64,000 bases of DNA from an uncultured Candidatus Kuenenia sp. (GTDB taxonomy: Bacteria > Planctomycetota > UBA11346): NCBI GenBank assembly GCA_964654285.1, contig CAZZJC010000025.1:1046-65045 (forward strand), given 5' to 3'. The translations under genes were made by a program, and so were the position numbers. Within the stretch, counting starts at the first letter, position 1; every line of letters starts with the position of its first letter. The notes under the pieces were generated by a model. That model was not told the origin of the DNA. It worked only from the letters and a program-made list of their open reading frames with translations, and ran no database searches. Of the stretch, positions 32,884 through 41,135 are shown piece by piece.

Positions 32884-34344
32884 TTGCGGAACCACATGCC
32901 GGCCACGAAGACGAAGCAGCCCCGCTCCTCCACCCCTGCGGCAAAAGCGGCTAAGAGGCCGTTGCAGCCAAAGAAACAGGTCGCAGCCAAGACCGCAGCC
33001 AAGACCCCGGTCAAGGCGACGAAAGGGACGGCGAAGGTGAAGGCTCCGGCCGCGCCTGCGCGCTCCACCGCGCGCTCGCGCGTCGTGCTCGGCCTGCAAT
33101 GGGGCGATGAGGGCAAGGGCAAGGTCATCGACCTGCTCGCCAAGGAATCGGAGGTCGTGGTGCGCTGCCAGGGCGGCGCCAACGCCGGGCACACCGTCGT
33201 CGTGGGCGGGCGCAAGACGGTGCTCCACCTGCTGCCGTCCGGCGTACTGCACCAGGGTGCGGCCTGCGTGATCGGCAACGGCGTGGTGCTCGACCCGATC
33301 GCGCTCTGCCAGGAGCTCGATGAGCTCGCCGCTGGCGGCTGCGAAGCCGCGCCGCGCCTGCGCATCAGCGACCGGGCGCATCTGGTGCTGCCGGCGCACA
33401 AGGCGCTCGACGCCGCGATCGAAGCCGCCAAGGGCGCGAGCAAGGTCGGCACCACCCTGCGCGGCATCGGCCCGTGCTACATCGACAAGGTCGCGCGCAC
33501 CGGCCTGCGCGCCGGCGACCTGCGCAATCTGGCCACCTTCGAACGCAAGGCGCGCGATCTGTTCGCGAGCGCCAACCGCCAGATCACCACCCTGCACGGC
33601 GGTGCGGCGATCGAGGTCGAATCGGCGATGGGGCCCCTCATGCAGGCCTGCCGGCGCATCGCGCCGCTGGTCAGCGACACCGCCGCCTTCCTGCACCAGG
33701 CCGCACGCGATGGCAGCCGCTTCCTCTTCGAGGGTGCCCAGGGCGTGCTGCTGGATGTCGACTTCGGAACCTACCCGTTCGTCACGTCATCGAACACCGG
33801 CATCGGCGGCGTGATCACCGGATCCGGCCTGTCGCACAAGCATTTCGACGAGGTCATCGGGGTGGTGAAGGCGTATTCCACCCGCGTCGGCAGCGGGCCG
33901 TTCCCGGTCGAGCTGCTCGACGCCACCGGCGAGGCCCTGCGCCAGCGCGGGCGCGAATTCGGCGCCACCACCGGCCGGCCGCGCCGCTGCGGCTGGCTCG
34001 ATCTCGTCGCGGTCGGCTTCGCCTGCCGCCTGAACGGCGTCGACCGCATCGCCCTGACCAAGCTCGACATCCTGACCGGTGAGCGGGAAGTGCCGATCTG
34101 CGTCGATTACGAGGTCGAGGGCGAACGTCTGGGCACCGTGCCTGCGCGCCTGGAAGACCTCGCCCGCGCCAAGCCGGTGTGGGAGATCCTGCCCGGCTGG
34201 AGCGAATCGCTCGCCGCCTGCCGCACCCTGGCCGACCTGCCCAGGCAGGCCCGGTGCTACATCGAGACCATCGAATCGCGCCTGGAAGTCCCGGTGGGCT
34301 GGATCGGGGTGGGGCCCGGTCGTGACGAGATCATCGTCGCATGA
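32884..34344 (+). CDS. purA: Adenylosuccinate synthetase with ~65-aa Lys/Ala/Pro-rich N-terminal extension
   Basis: 486 aa. QWGDEGKGKVIDLL, GGANAGHTV and GTTLRGIGPCY motifs. The extension start is uncertain. Confidence 0.93.
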   Translation: MRNHMPATKTKQPRSSTPAAKAAKRPLQPKKQVAAKTAAKTPVKATKGTAKVKAPAAPARSTARSRVVLGLQWGDEGKGKVIDLLAKESEVVVRCQGGANAGHTVVVGGRKTVLHLLPSGVLHQGAACVIGNGVVLDPIALCQELDELAAGGCEAAPRLRISDRAHLVLPAHKALDAAIEAAKGASKVGTTLRGIGPCYIDKVARTGLRAGDLRNLATFERKARDLFASANRQITTLHGGAAIEVESAMGPLMQACRRIAPLVSDTAAFLHQAARDGSRFLFEGAQGVLLDVDFGTYPFVTSSNTGIGGVITGSGLSHKHFDEVIGVVKAYSTRVGSGPFPVELLDATGEALRQRGREFGATTGRPRRCGWLDLVAVGFACRLNGVDRIALTKLDILTGEREVPICVDYEVEGERLGTVPARLEDLARAKPVWEILPGWSESLAACRTLADLPRQARCYIETIESRLEVPVGWIGVGPGRDEIIVA

Positions 34345-35111
34345 ACGTGCCGGCCGCCTCGTTGTCGCCCGCCGCCACCGATTCGGCCCTGCGTTCGGCC
34401 GGGCTCGATGCGGCCCGGCTGCCACGCCACGTCGGCATCATCATGGACGGCAACGGCCGCTGGGCGACCGGTCGCGGCTGGGAACGGGTGCGCGGGCATC
34501 GCCTTGGCGCCGAGGCCGTGCGCACGGTCACCACCGCCGCCGCCCGGCTGGGGATCGCGCGCCTCACCCTGTATGCGTTCTCGTCCGAGAACTGGACCCG
34601 GCCGCAACGCGAAATCGACGTGTTGATGCATCTTCTCCGCGACTTCCTGCGTAATGAAGAATCGACCCTGCATGCCAGCCAGATCCGCCTGGCGGCGATC
34701 GGCCAGCTCGACCGCCTGCCCACGCCGGTGCTGAAGGAGCTCAACCGCGTCCGCAGCGCCACCGCCGGGCATGCCCGGATGGTGCTCAGCCTGGCGATCA
34801 GCTACGGCGGTCGGGATGAACTGGTCGATGCCTGCCGCCGCATCGCTGCCCGCGCCAAGGCGGGCGAGATCGACCCCACCGCGATCGATGCCGGTACGGT
34901 GCAGGATCATCTCTACGCCCCCGACGGCGGCGATCTCGACCTGGTCATCCGCACCGCCGGCGAGCAGCGCCTGTCGAATTTCATGCCCTGGCAGTCGGTC
35001 TACGCCGAATACGTCTCCAGCCAGGCGCTCTGGCCCGACTTCGGCGAAGCCGACTTCATCGGCTGCCTGCGCGAGTACCAGCGGCGGGAACGCCGCTTCG
35101 GCGGGCTCTGA
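34341..35111 (+). CDS. uppS: Di-trans,poly-cis-undecaprenyl-diphosphate synthase
   Basis: 256 aa. HVGIIMDGNGRWA, LTLYAFSSENWTRP and IRTAGEQRLSNFMPWQ motifs. ATGA overlap with the purA stop. Confidence 0.93.
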   Translation: MNVPAASLSPAATDSALRSAGLDAARLPRHVGIIMDGNGRWATGRGWERVRGHRLGAEAVRTVTTAAARLGIARLTLYAFSSENWTRPQREIDVLMHLLRDFLRNEESTLHASQIRLAAIGQLDRLPTPVLKELNRVRSATAGHARMVLSLAISYGGRDELVDACRRIAARAKAGEIDPTAIDAGTVQDHLYAPDGGDLDLVIRTAGEQRLSNFMPWQSVYAEYVSSQALWPDFGEADFIGCLREYQRRERRFGGL

Positions 35112-35144
35112 GCCATCCCAGTGCGGCCGATTCCGGTCCGGGCC

Positions 35145-36623
35145 TTAGACCCCGGCGGGAACCGCCAGGACACGCGCCTCCGGCAGGCGGCTCCGCCCGG
35201 CCCAGAACCGGCGTCGGGTCAGTTCGACCAGGGGATGCCAGACCGCATGTACCAGGCGATGGCGGATGAGCGCCGACCAGAGTGGATTGCTGCGCTTGTA
35301 GAGCAGCGCCATCGCCAGGTAGGGCAGCACCGCGCGCGGGTCATCCGGGCGGCGGCGCAGGATCGACGCCAGCGAGAACATCCGCCGGTAGCACCAGGCG
35401 TAACCCGCCTCCAGCTCCTCCGGCGTCATGCGGGCCGGGCGGAAGACGCAGTGGGCGGTGTCGTAGCGTTGCCAGTCCCGGGTGAGGATCCGTCCGGCCG
35501 CGTCCAGGCGTCGGAACAACGGGGTGCCCGGATACGGCGTGAGGATGTGGAAGGTGGCGCATTCCAGGCGGACCGCCTCGCACCAAGCCAGGGTCCGTGC
35601 GAAGATGGAGGTGTCGTCCCCGTCGAACCCGAACACGAAGCTGGCGTTCACCTGGATGCCATGGCGGTGGAACATCCGCACCCGGCGGGCGTATTCCCCG
35701 GCTGGCGGCGTGCGCTTGCCGGCGCGGCGCAGGTTGCCGTCGCCCAGGCTTTCGAAGCCGATGAAGACCCCGGTGCAACCGGCCGCCGCCATCGCCGCGA
35801 CCGCGTCCTCGCGATCGGTCACATCGAGGGTGACCGCCGCGCTCCAGATCCGTCGCAGGGGGCGCAGCGCGGTGCAGAGGTCGATGAGGTGGTCGGGGTC
35901 GGAACCGAGGTTGTTGTCGGTGAACACCCCATATGGCTCTCCGGTCGCGGCGAATTCCGCCGCGACCTCGCGTGGATCGCGTACCCGCCAGGGCATGCGC
36001 ACTCCTGCCGTCGACAGGTAGCAGAAGTCACAACGGTTCCGGCAGCCGTTGGTGGCGTTGAGGCTGGCGGTCGTGAGGTAGCTGGCCTTCGGCAGCAGGT
36101 CGCGTCGCGGCGGGACCGCCGCCAGCTCCTGCCAGGCGCCGTCATAACGCCGTCGCAGGCGTCCGGCCGCGAGGTCAGCGAGGACGGTCGGCCAGATGGA
36201 GGCCCCATTGCCGAGCACCACCGCATCGGCGTGCGCCGCGGCCTCATCGGTGCAGGCCGAGACATGCGGTCCACCGAAGATCACGGTCGTGCCGCGTTGC
36301 CGGAGCCAGCGCGCCAGTTCATATGCCCGCTTGGCGAACGTCAGGTGCACCGTGATCCCGGCCACGCGCGGCGGCGGATCGGCGGGCGGCGGTCCCTGGA
36401 GCAGGTTCTCATCCCAGATTCGCACCGACCAGTCCGGCGGAGTGACGCCGGCGAGGCTGCTCAAAGCCAGCGTCGGGGTCAGCACGTGCTTGCCCAGGCT
36501 GGCGCGGGCATCCTTGCGGTAGAACGGATTGATGAGCAGGACCGAGCGTTCAGCGCGGGGATGGCGAGGCTCGCCAGCAGATAAGGCTGGCGCCACGCGG
36601 AAGGGCGGCGGGAGCGCAGGCAT
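35145..36623 (-). CDS. B12-binding radical SAM protein (DUF4070-type C-terminus)
   Basis: 492 aa from ATG 36623 (1 nt after the upstream stop). CRNRCDFC is a CxxxCxxC cluster. N-terminal B12-binding-like region (GITVHLTFAKRAYELARWLRQRGTTVIFGGPHVS). Confidence 0.82.
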   Translation of the reverse strand: MPALPPPFRVAPALSAGEPRHPRAERSVLLINPFYRKDARASLGKHVLTPTLALSSLAGVTPPDWSVRIWDENLLQGPPPADPPPRVAGITVHLTFAKRAYELARWLRQRGTTVIFGGPHVSACTDEAAAHADAVVLGNGASIWPTVLADLAAGRLRRRYDGAWQELAAVPPRRDLLPKASYLTTASLNATNGCRNRCDFCYLSTAGVRMPWRVRDPREVAAEFAATGEPYGVFTDNNLGSDPDHLIDLCTALRPLRRIWSAAVTLDVTDREDAVAAMAAAGCTGVFIGFESLGDGNLRRAGKRTPPAGEYARRVRMFHRHGIQVNASFVFGFDGDDTSIFARTLAWCEAVRLECATFHILTPYPGTPLFRRLDAAGRILTRDWQRYDTAHCVFRPARMTPEELEAGYAWCYRRMFSLASILRRRPDDPRAVLPYLAMALLYKRSNPLWSALIRHRLVHAVWHPLVELTRRRFWAGRSRLPEARVLAVPAGV

Positions 36624-36624
36624 G

Positions 36625-38085
36625 TCAGGGCCGGAATCCGACCGCCCGGGCCCGGACCACGGTCCAGGCACGGCAGTCCAGCAGGGCCACCGCGAATCGA
36701 CGCTGCACGCGATCCGCCGCGTTGCGCGCGGCGTGGCGCACGGACGAGCGCAAGGGTTCATCGTCCGGGCCGGTTCCATAGGCCAGGGTTTTCAAGGCGG
36801 GCAGGGCGCCCGGCCCCAGGGATGCCAGGTAGTCGAGATCGATCGCGGCGCCGTGCCCGGCCTGGTGCCGCTCCACATTGCCCCACGCGACCAGTCCATC
36901 CCAGTCGATCCAGGCGCAGCCCAGCAGCACCAGGGCGGTCAAGCCGGCGTTGAGGTCCAGCAGCCAGCCGTTGCTGCGTCTGAGGGCGATGCGTAGCGCG
37001 ATCAGGCCCAGGCCACCGGCGACCAGGAGCATCCAGATCGCGGCGGCACAGCGCCAAAGCGTGAAGCCATAGGCGTCGACGTACAGGTGCAGGCGCCACC
37101 ACGACGAGGCCATCAGCACCACGGTCTGCGCGAGCCAGATCCAGACCAGGATCCGCGCCAGCCGTTGCCGCTCTGCCGCACCGCCGGGCCGGAAGGCGAG
37201 CAGCACCACCACCCCTGCGACCAGGGCGGCAGCGAGGAGCGGATAGGCGCCCCGATGCGCGTACTCGGCCCAGGTCATCCCGGCCGGCAGGCCTGCTCCG
37301 CCCCACAGGTAGACCGCGTCCATGCCGGTCTGGAGGAGGAACAGCGCATTGGCCACCAGCAGCACCCGCACGGTCATCGGCACCTGGTCCGGTTGCCGCG
37401 CAGGCGGAAGGGCGAGCGAGGTGAACCGGGCGCGGTACGGCAGCAGCCTGCCCCGGAGCAGGAACCAGCCCAGGCCAGCGAGCACGAGCCAGAAACCGAT
37501 GCGCAGCGGATCCGGCAGGGTGCACAGGATGTTCCAGACGCGTTCCCAGGCGATCCCCAGCCATTGCGCGAGCACCGGATTGGCGAGGCCGAAGATGGCC
37601 AGGAACACCGCTCCGATGCCGAGTGCCGGGAGCCACAGCGACCAGCCAGGTCCAGGCGGGGGGGCATGCCGACGCAGCCAGCGGCCGGCCAGGCCCTGGT
37701 CCTGGAACGGCCGGGTCAGGGCGATCGCGGTGAGGGTCAACGCATCGACTGCGACCTGGGCTGCGTCACTGGTGCCGGTACGACCGATGCGCACCAGCAT
37801 CAGGAGGAATGCCAGCGCGAGCAGGAGCGGCAGCACGCCGACATCGTACACGCAACTGAGGGCCGCCGTGCCCAGGCCCAGTGACGCGAGAACGCCCTGC
37901 GGTTGCCGCAGGACGTGCGGCCAGCGCCAGGCAACCATGGCTGCGGCACCCAGGCAGACCGCTCCCGCCGACCAGCCGGGGTCGCAGCCCCAGAGCAGGA
38001 TGTCGGCAGCGGTGATCGCGCCCAGGGTTGCGAGGATGAAGGTGGGACCACGTCGCCACCAGGGGGTGAAGGGATGGTTATGCAT
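36625..38085 (-). CDS. Polytopic membrane protein (DUF4153/DUF4173-like)
   Basis: 486 aa from ATG 38085 (GGAGGA 8 nt upstream); a GTG alternative lies at 38100. About 10 or more hydrophobic helices. The family call is tentative. Confidence 0.6.
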   Translation of the reverse strand: MHNHPFTPWWRRGPTFILATLGAITAADILLWGCDPGWSAGAVCLGAAAMVAWRWPHVLRQPQGVLASLGLGTAALSCVYDVGVLPLLLALAFLLMLVRIGRTGTSDAAQVAVDALTLTAIALTRPFQDQGLAGRWLRRHAPPPGPGWSLWLPALGIGAVFLAIFGLANPVLAQWLGIAWERVWNILCTLPDPLRIGFWLVLAGLGWFLLRGRLLPYRARFTSLALPPARQPDQVPMTVRVLLVANALFLLQTGMDAVYLWGGAGLPAGMTWAEYAHRGAYPLLAAALVAGVVVLLAFRPGGAAERQRLARILVWIWLAQTVVLMASSWWRLHLYVDAYGFTLWRCAAAIWMLLVAGGLGLIALRIALRRSNGWLLDLNAGLTALVLLGCAWIDWDGLVAWGNVERHQAGHGAAIDLDYLASLGPGALPALKTLAYGTGPDDEPLRSSVRHAARNAADRVQRRFAVALLDCRAWTVVRARAVGFRP

Positions 38086-38171
38086 GGTCGGGTCCTCCAC
38101 CGGCCATGCTGCGGCTGAGCATGGGCTGGGTGTGGGCGTCCGGTGAAGCGGAGGTGAAGTCGGACCGGACT

Positions 38172-39692
38172 TCAGGGATCGATCGCGAGCCGGCCCGGCA
38201 GCAGAAGGCGCGCCTCGGCCCCGCCGTCGGGATGATTGCCGATCATGAACCGGCCCCCGTGCTGGCTGGCGACCTCGCGCACGATGGCAAGACCCAGGCC
38301 GCTCCCCTTGCGCCCGGTCACAGGATGGGCCAGGGAGAAGAACCGTTCGCCCAGGCGGTCGAGCGCGAAAGCCGGGATTCCAGGGCCCCGATCGCGCACC
38401 GTGCAGGCGATCCGTCCATCAGCGACGGAGAAGGCGCACGTCACCGGCGAACCGGCCGGGGCGAAGGCGAGGGCGTTGCGCAGCAGGTTGTCGCAGGCGA
38501 GCCGGATCAGGAAGCGGTCGCCCACCAGCAGCAAGCCGGAGGCGCTGGAAAAATCCAGCGTGATCTGTTGCCGTTCCGCCTGGGTTGCGTAGGTGGCGCG
38601 GAGCTCGTCGACCAGCGCCGCCACCGCGAACTCGGCGGAATCCAACGGCCGGTCTCGGCGTTCCAGCGCGGCGAGGGTGAGCAGCGCCTCGACCAGGGCC
38701 TGGATGCGGCTGCTCTCGGCCAGCACGTTGGCCACGAAGCGACGGCGTTCCTCGTCCGGCATCCGGCCGGCGGCATTCCGGGGTGGTCGATCAGCGTCCT
38801 CAGCCAGCAATTCACCCGCAGCCCGGATCGAGGCCAGGGGTCCTTTGAGCTCATGCGTCAGATTCTGCACGTACCCCTGGATGTAGGCGCGTCCGTCGAT
38901 TTCGCCGGCGAGACGGGCGAGATCCGCGCCCACCTCCGCGATTTCGCCTGAACCCAGGCGCGGCGGCAAGGGCCGCTTGCCGGCGGCGACCTCGCGCGAC
39001 CAGCGGCGCAGCCGGTGGATCGGCCAGGAGATCCACCAGGTGACCAGGGCCGCCAGGATCGCGCTGGCGCTGGCGACGACCACGCCAGCGCTGATGGCAG
39101 CGGTGCGCGCTGCGGTTTCGAGCGGGATGGTGCTGCCCGCCTCCTTGAAGACGGACAGCACGCCGACCAGGCGCCCGTCCCGGCGCACCGGCGCGGCGAC
39201 GTGCAGCACCGCGCTGTCAGGGTCGCCTGCAACCAGCCGGCTGGCGCGTGCGCCGTATTCGCCGCGCATCGTTCGCAGCACATCGTTCCAGCGTCCGTAG
39301 TCGCGTCCGACCTGGGTCGGATCCGTCGCATGCCAGAGCACCATGCCCTTGGCGTCGGTGAGGTAGGCGCCGAGTTCCAGGCGCATCTTGCGATGGCCGT
39401 AGATCCGTGCGTCCAGATGGCGGGCCTGGGCCGCAGCGAAGATCGCCGCGAGCCGGCGGGTGTCGGGAAGGCCATCCATCGATCCATCCTGCTCGACCGC
39501 CACCGCGAGCAGGTTGGCGGTGTCGATCATCGCCTCCTCGGTCGCCTCCTGATAGCGCTGGCGCAATCCGCGCAGCAACTGATCGGTCAGCAGCCACATG
39601 CCGAGGGCGGTGACCAGCGCCACCGCCAGGGCCAGCTTCAGGCGCAGGCTCGCATTTCCCCACAGGCTCCATGCTCCGCGCGGTTTCACCAT
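38172..39692 (-). CDS. Sensor histidine kinase, CreC-like
   Basis: 506 aa. Two TM helices flank a periplasmic domain. HAMP, then H-box (LTHELKGPLASI), then HATPase (GPGIP...GSGLGLAIV). 7-nt overlap with the regulator gene. Confidence 0.85.
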   Translation of the reverse strand: MVKPRGAWSLWGNASLRLKLALAVALVTALGMWLLTDQLLRGLRQRYQEATEEAMIDTANLLAVAVEQDGSMDGLPDTRRLAAIFAAAQARHLDARIYGHRKMRLELGAYLTDAKGMVLWHATDPTQVGRDYGRWNDVLRTMRGEYGARASRLVAGDPDSAVLHVAAPVRRDGRLVGVLSVFKEAGSTIPLETAARTAAISAGVVVASASAILAALVTWWISWPIHRLRRWSREVAAGKRPLPPRLGSGEIAEVGADLARLAGEIDGRAYIQGYVQNLTHELKGPLASIRAAGELLAEDADRPPRNAAGRMPDEERRRFVANVLAESSRIQALVEALLTLAALERRDRPLDSAEFAVAALVDELRATYATQAERQQITLDFSSASGLLLVGDRFLIRLACDNLLRNALAFAPAGSPVTCAFSVADGRIACTVRDRGPGIPAFALDRLGERFFSLAHPVTGRKGSGLGLAIVREVASQHGGRFMIGNHPDGGAEARLLLPGRLAIDP

Positions 39693-40360
39693 TGCTCCCG
39701 CAGACGGTAGCCTTCACCGCGCACGGTTTCGATCGCCTCGGGTTCAGGGCGGATGGCGCGCAATTTGGCGCGCAGGGTCTTCACATGCGTATCCACGGTG
39801 CGGTCGTTCACCGCGCCGGGATCCTCCCACACCCGGTCGAGGAGCTCCGCGCGCGAGAACACCCGGCCCGGAGCCGACGCCAGCTCGACCAGCAGGCGGA
39901 ACTCATAGCGCGTCAGGTCGAGCGGCTGGCTGAAGAACCGGGCGCGGAAGGCGGCGGCATCGAGCTCGACCGGTCCGGCCGATCCCGTCGGCAGCGTCAT
40001 CGCGCATCGGCGCAGGACGGCCCTGATCCTTGCCACCAGTTCGCGCGGGCTGAACGGCTTGGCCACGTAGTCGTCGGCACCGAGTTCCAGTCCCACCACG
40101 CGGTCGACCTCGGCTGAACGCGCGGTCAGCATCACCACCGGTACGCCGTCGCCCCGGCGCAGGTCCCGCAGCAGGTCGAACCCGCTGCCATCGGGCAGAC
40201 CGGCATCCAGCAGCACCAGGTGCGGCCGCGCCAAGGCCAGACGGGTGCGCGCCGCCGCCAGGGTGGTGACGGCCGTCACCAGGAATCCCTCGGCCTTCAG
40301 GGCATAGCGCAGCGCGTCGACCACCCCGGGCTCGTCCTCGACCACCAGGATCTCGTGCAT
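39686..40360 (-). CDS. OmpR-family response regulator, CreB-like
   Basis: 224 aa from ATG 40360. ILVVEDE, LLDAGLPDGSG, LTARSAEVDRVVGLELGADDYVAKPFSPREL, RVFSRAELLDRVW...DRTVDTHVKTLRAKL. Confidence 0.9.
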   Translation of the reverse strand: MHEILVVEDEPGVVDALRYALKAEGFLVTAVTTLAAARTRLALARPHLVLLDAGLPDGSGFDLLRDLRRGDGVPVVMLTARSAEVDRVVGLELGADDYVAKPFSPRELVARIRAVLRRCAMTLPTGSAGPVELDAAAFRARFFSQPLDLTRYEFRLLVELASAPGRVFSRAELLDRVWEDPGAVNDRTVDTHVKTLRAKLRAIRPEPEAIETVRGEGYRLREQW

Positions 40361-40369
40361 GGGCGCAGG

Positions 40370-40720
40370 ATGGCGGCCATCGGCCCAGGGGAAACGGACA
40401 CGCCGTCGGACGTACCCGACGTTCTGGCCATCGAGGTGGCGAACGCCCTCATCAACGGCATGCGTCAGAAGCGGATCGCCATGTCCGAGATGACCCCTCG
40501 CCTGGAAATGGCCTTGAGGATTCAGGTCAACTGGCATGCCTCGCGGCCCTTGATCCCGCGTGCCGCCGCCATCGCCCTCCAGTACAACCGCCGCCCCTGC
40601 GACGGCGTCTTCATCGCCCTCGCCGAACGGCTGGATTCGGTACGGATCACCGCCGATGCAAAGCTGGTGCGCGGTCTGCACGGCACGCGCCTCGCCCTGC
40701 GGGTCAGGTTGCTGGGCTGA
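40370..40720 (+). pseudogene. N-terminally truncated PIN-domain (VapC-like) remnant
   Basis: 116 aa. PDVLAIEVANAL...CDGVFIALAERLDSVRITADAKL matches the middle and C-terminal PIN pattern (..Ev.nal.. / YDa.YvaLAe....L.T.D..l). The first ~35 aa with the catalytic Asp are missing, and no antitoxin ORF is present. Confidence 0.4.
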
Positions 40721-41132
40721 GCAGCGCCAGGATCTCGGCCGGGATGCGTTTCGGCCGACCGTCGCGGTCGACGGTGGCGACGGTGACGGTGGCGTCGCAG
40801 ATCGGGGTGCCGTCGAGGGTGATCGCGGTGATGAAGGTGACCCGGCTCGGGCCGCATGCCGACGCCGTGGTGGTCAGGAGCATCTCGTCGTCGAAGCGCA
40901 CCGGCCGGCGGTAGCGCACCTGGAGTTCGATCACCGGCATGCCCGTTCCGGTGGCCTCGAGATGGCGGTAGGAATGACCCTGGGCGCGCAACCATTCGAT
41001 GCGGGCTTCTTCGAACCAGTTGATGTACGAACCGTGATGGGCGATGCCCATGACATCGGTCTCGCCGTAGCGTACACGGATGCGGTGCTGGTGCGGCTGG
41101 CCCTGCGGGAAGCCGCCGACGGTGTCGCCCAT
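40704..41132 (-). CDS. 4HBT/YbgC-type acyl-CoA thioesterase
   Basis: 142 aa. HRIRVRYGETDVMGIAHHGSYINWFEEARIEWL is the hotdog thioesterase signature. Starts 3 nt after the nuoN stop. Confidence 0.82.
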   Translation of the reverse strand: MGDTVGGFPQGQPHQHRIRVRYGETDVMGIAHHGSYINWFEEARIEWLRAQGHSYRHLEATGTGMPVIELQVRYRRPVRFDDEMLLTTTASACGPSRVTFITAITLDGTPICDATVTVATVDRDGRPKRIPAEILALLSPAT

Positions 41133-41135
41133 GGC

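Noticed and set aside
36625-38100. Calling the membrane protein downstream of the CreBC-like pair CreD
   Set aside because: The sequence has many more helices and none of the features I associate with CreD. It looks more like DUF4153/DUF4173-type proteins, so it is left as unknown.
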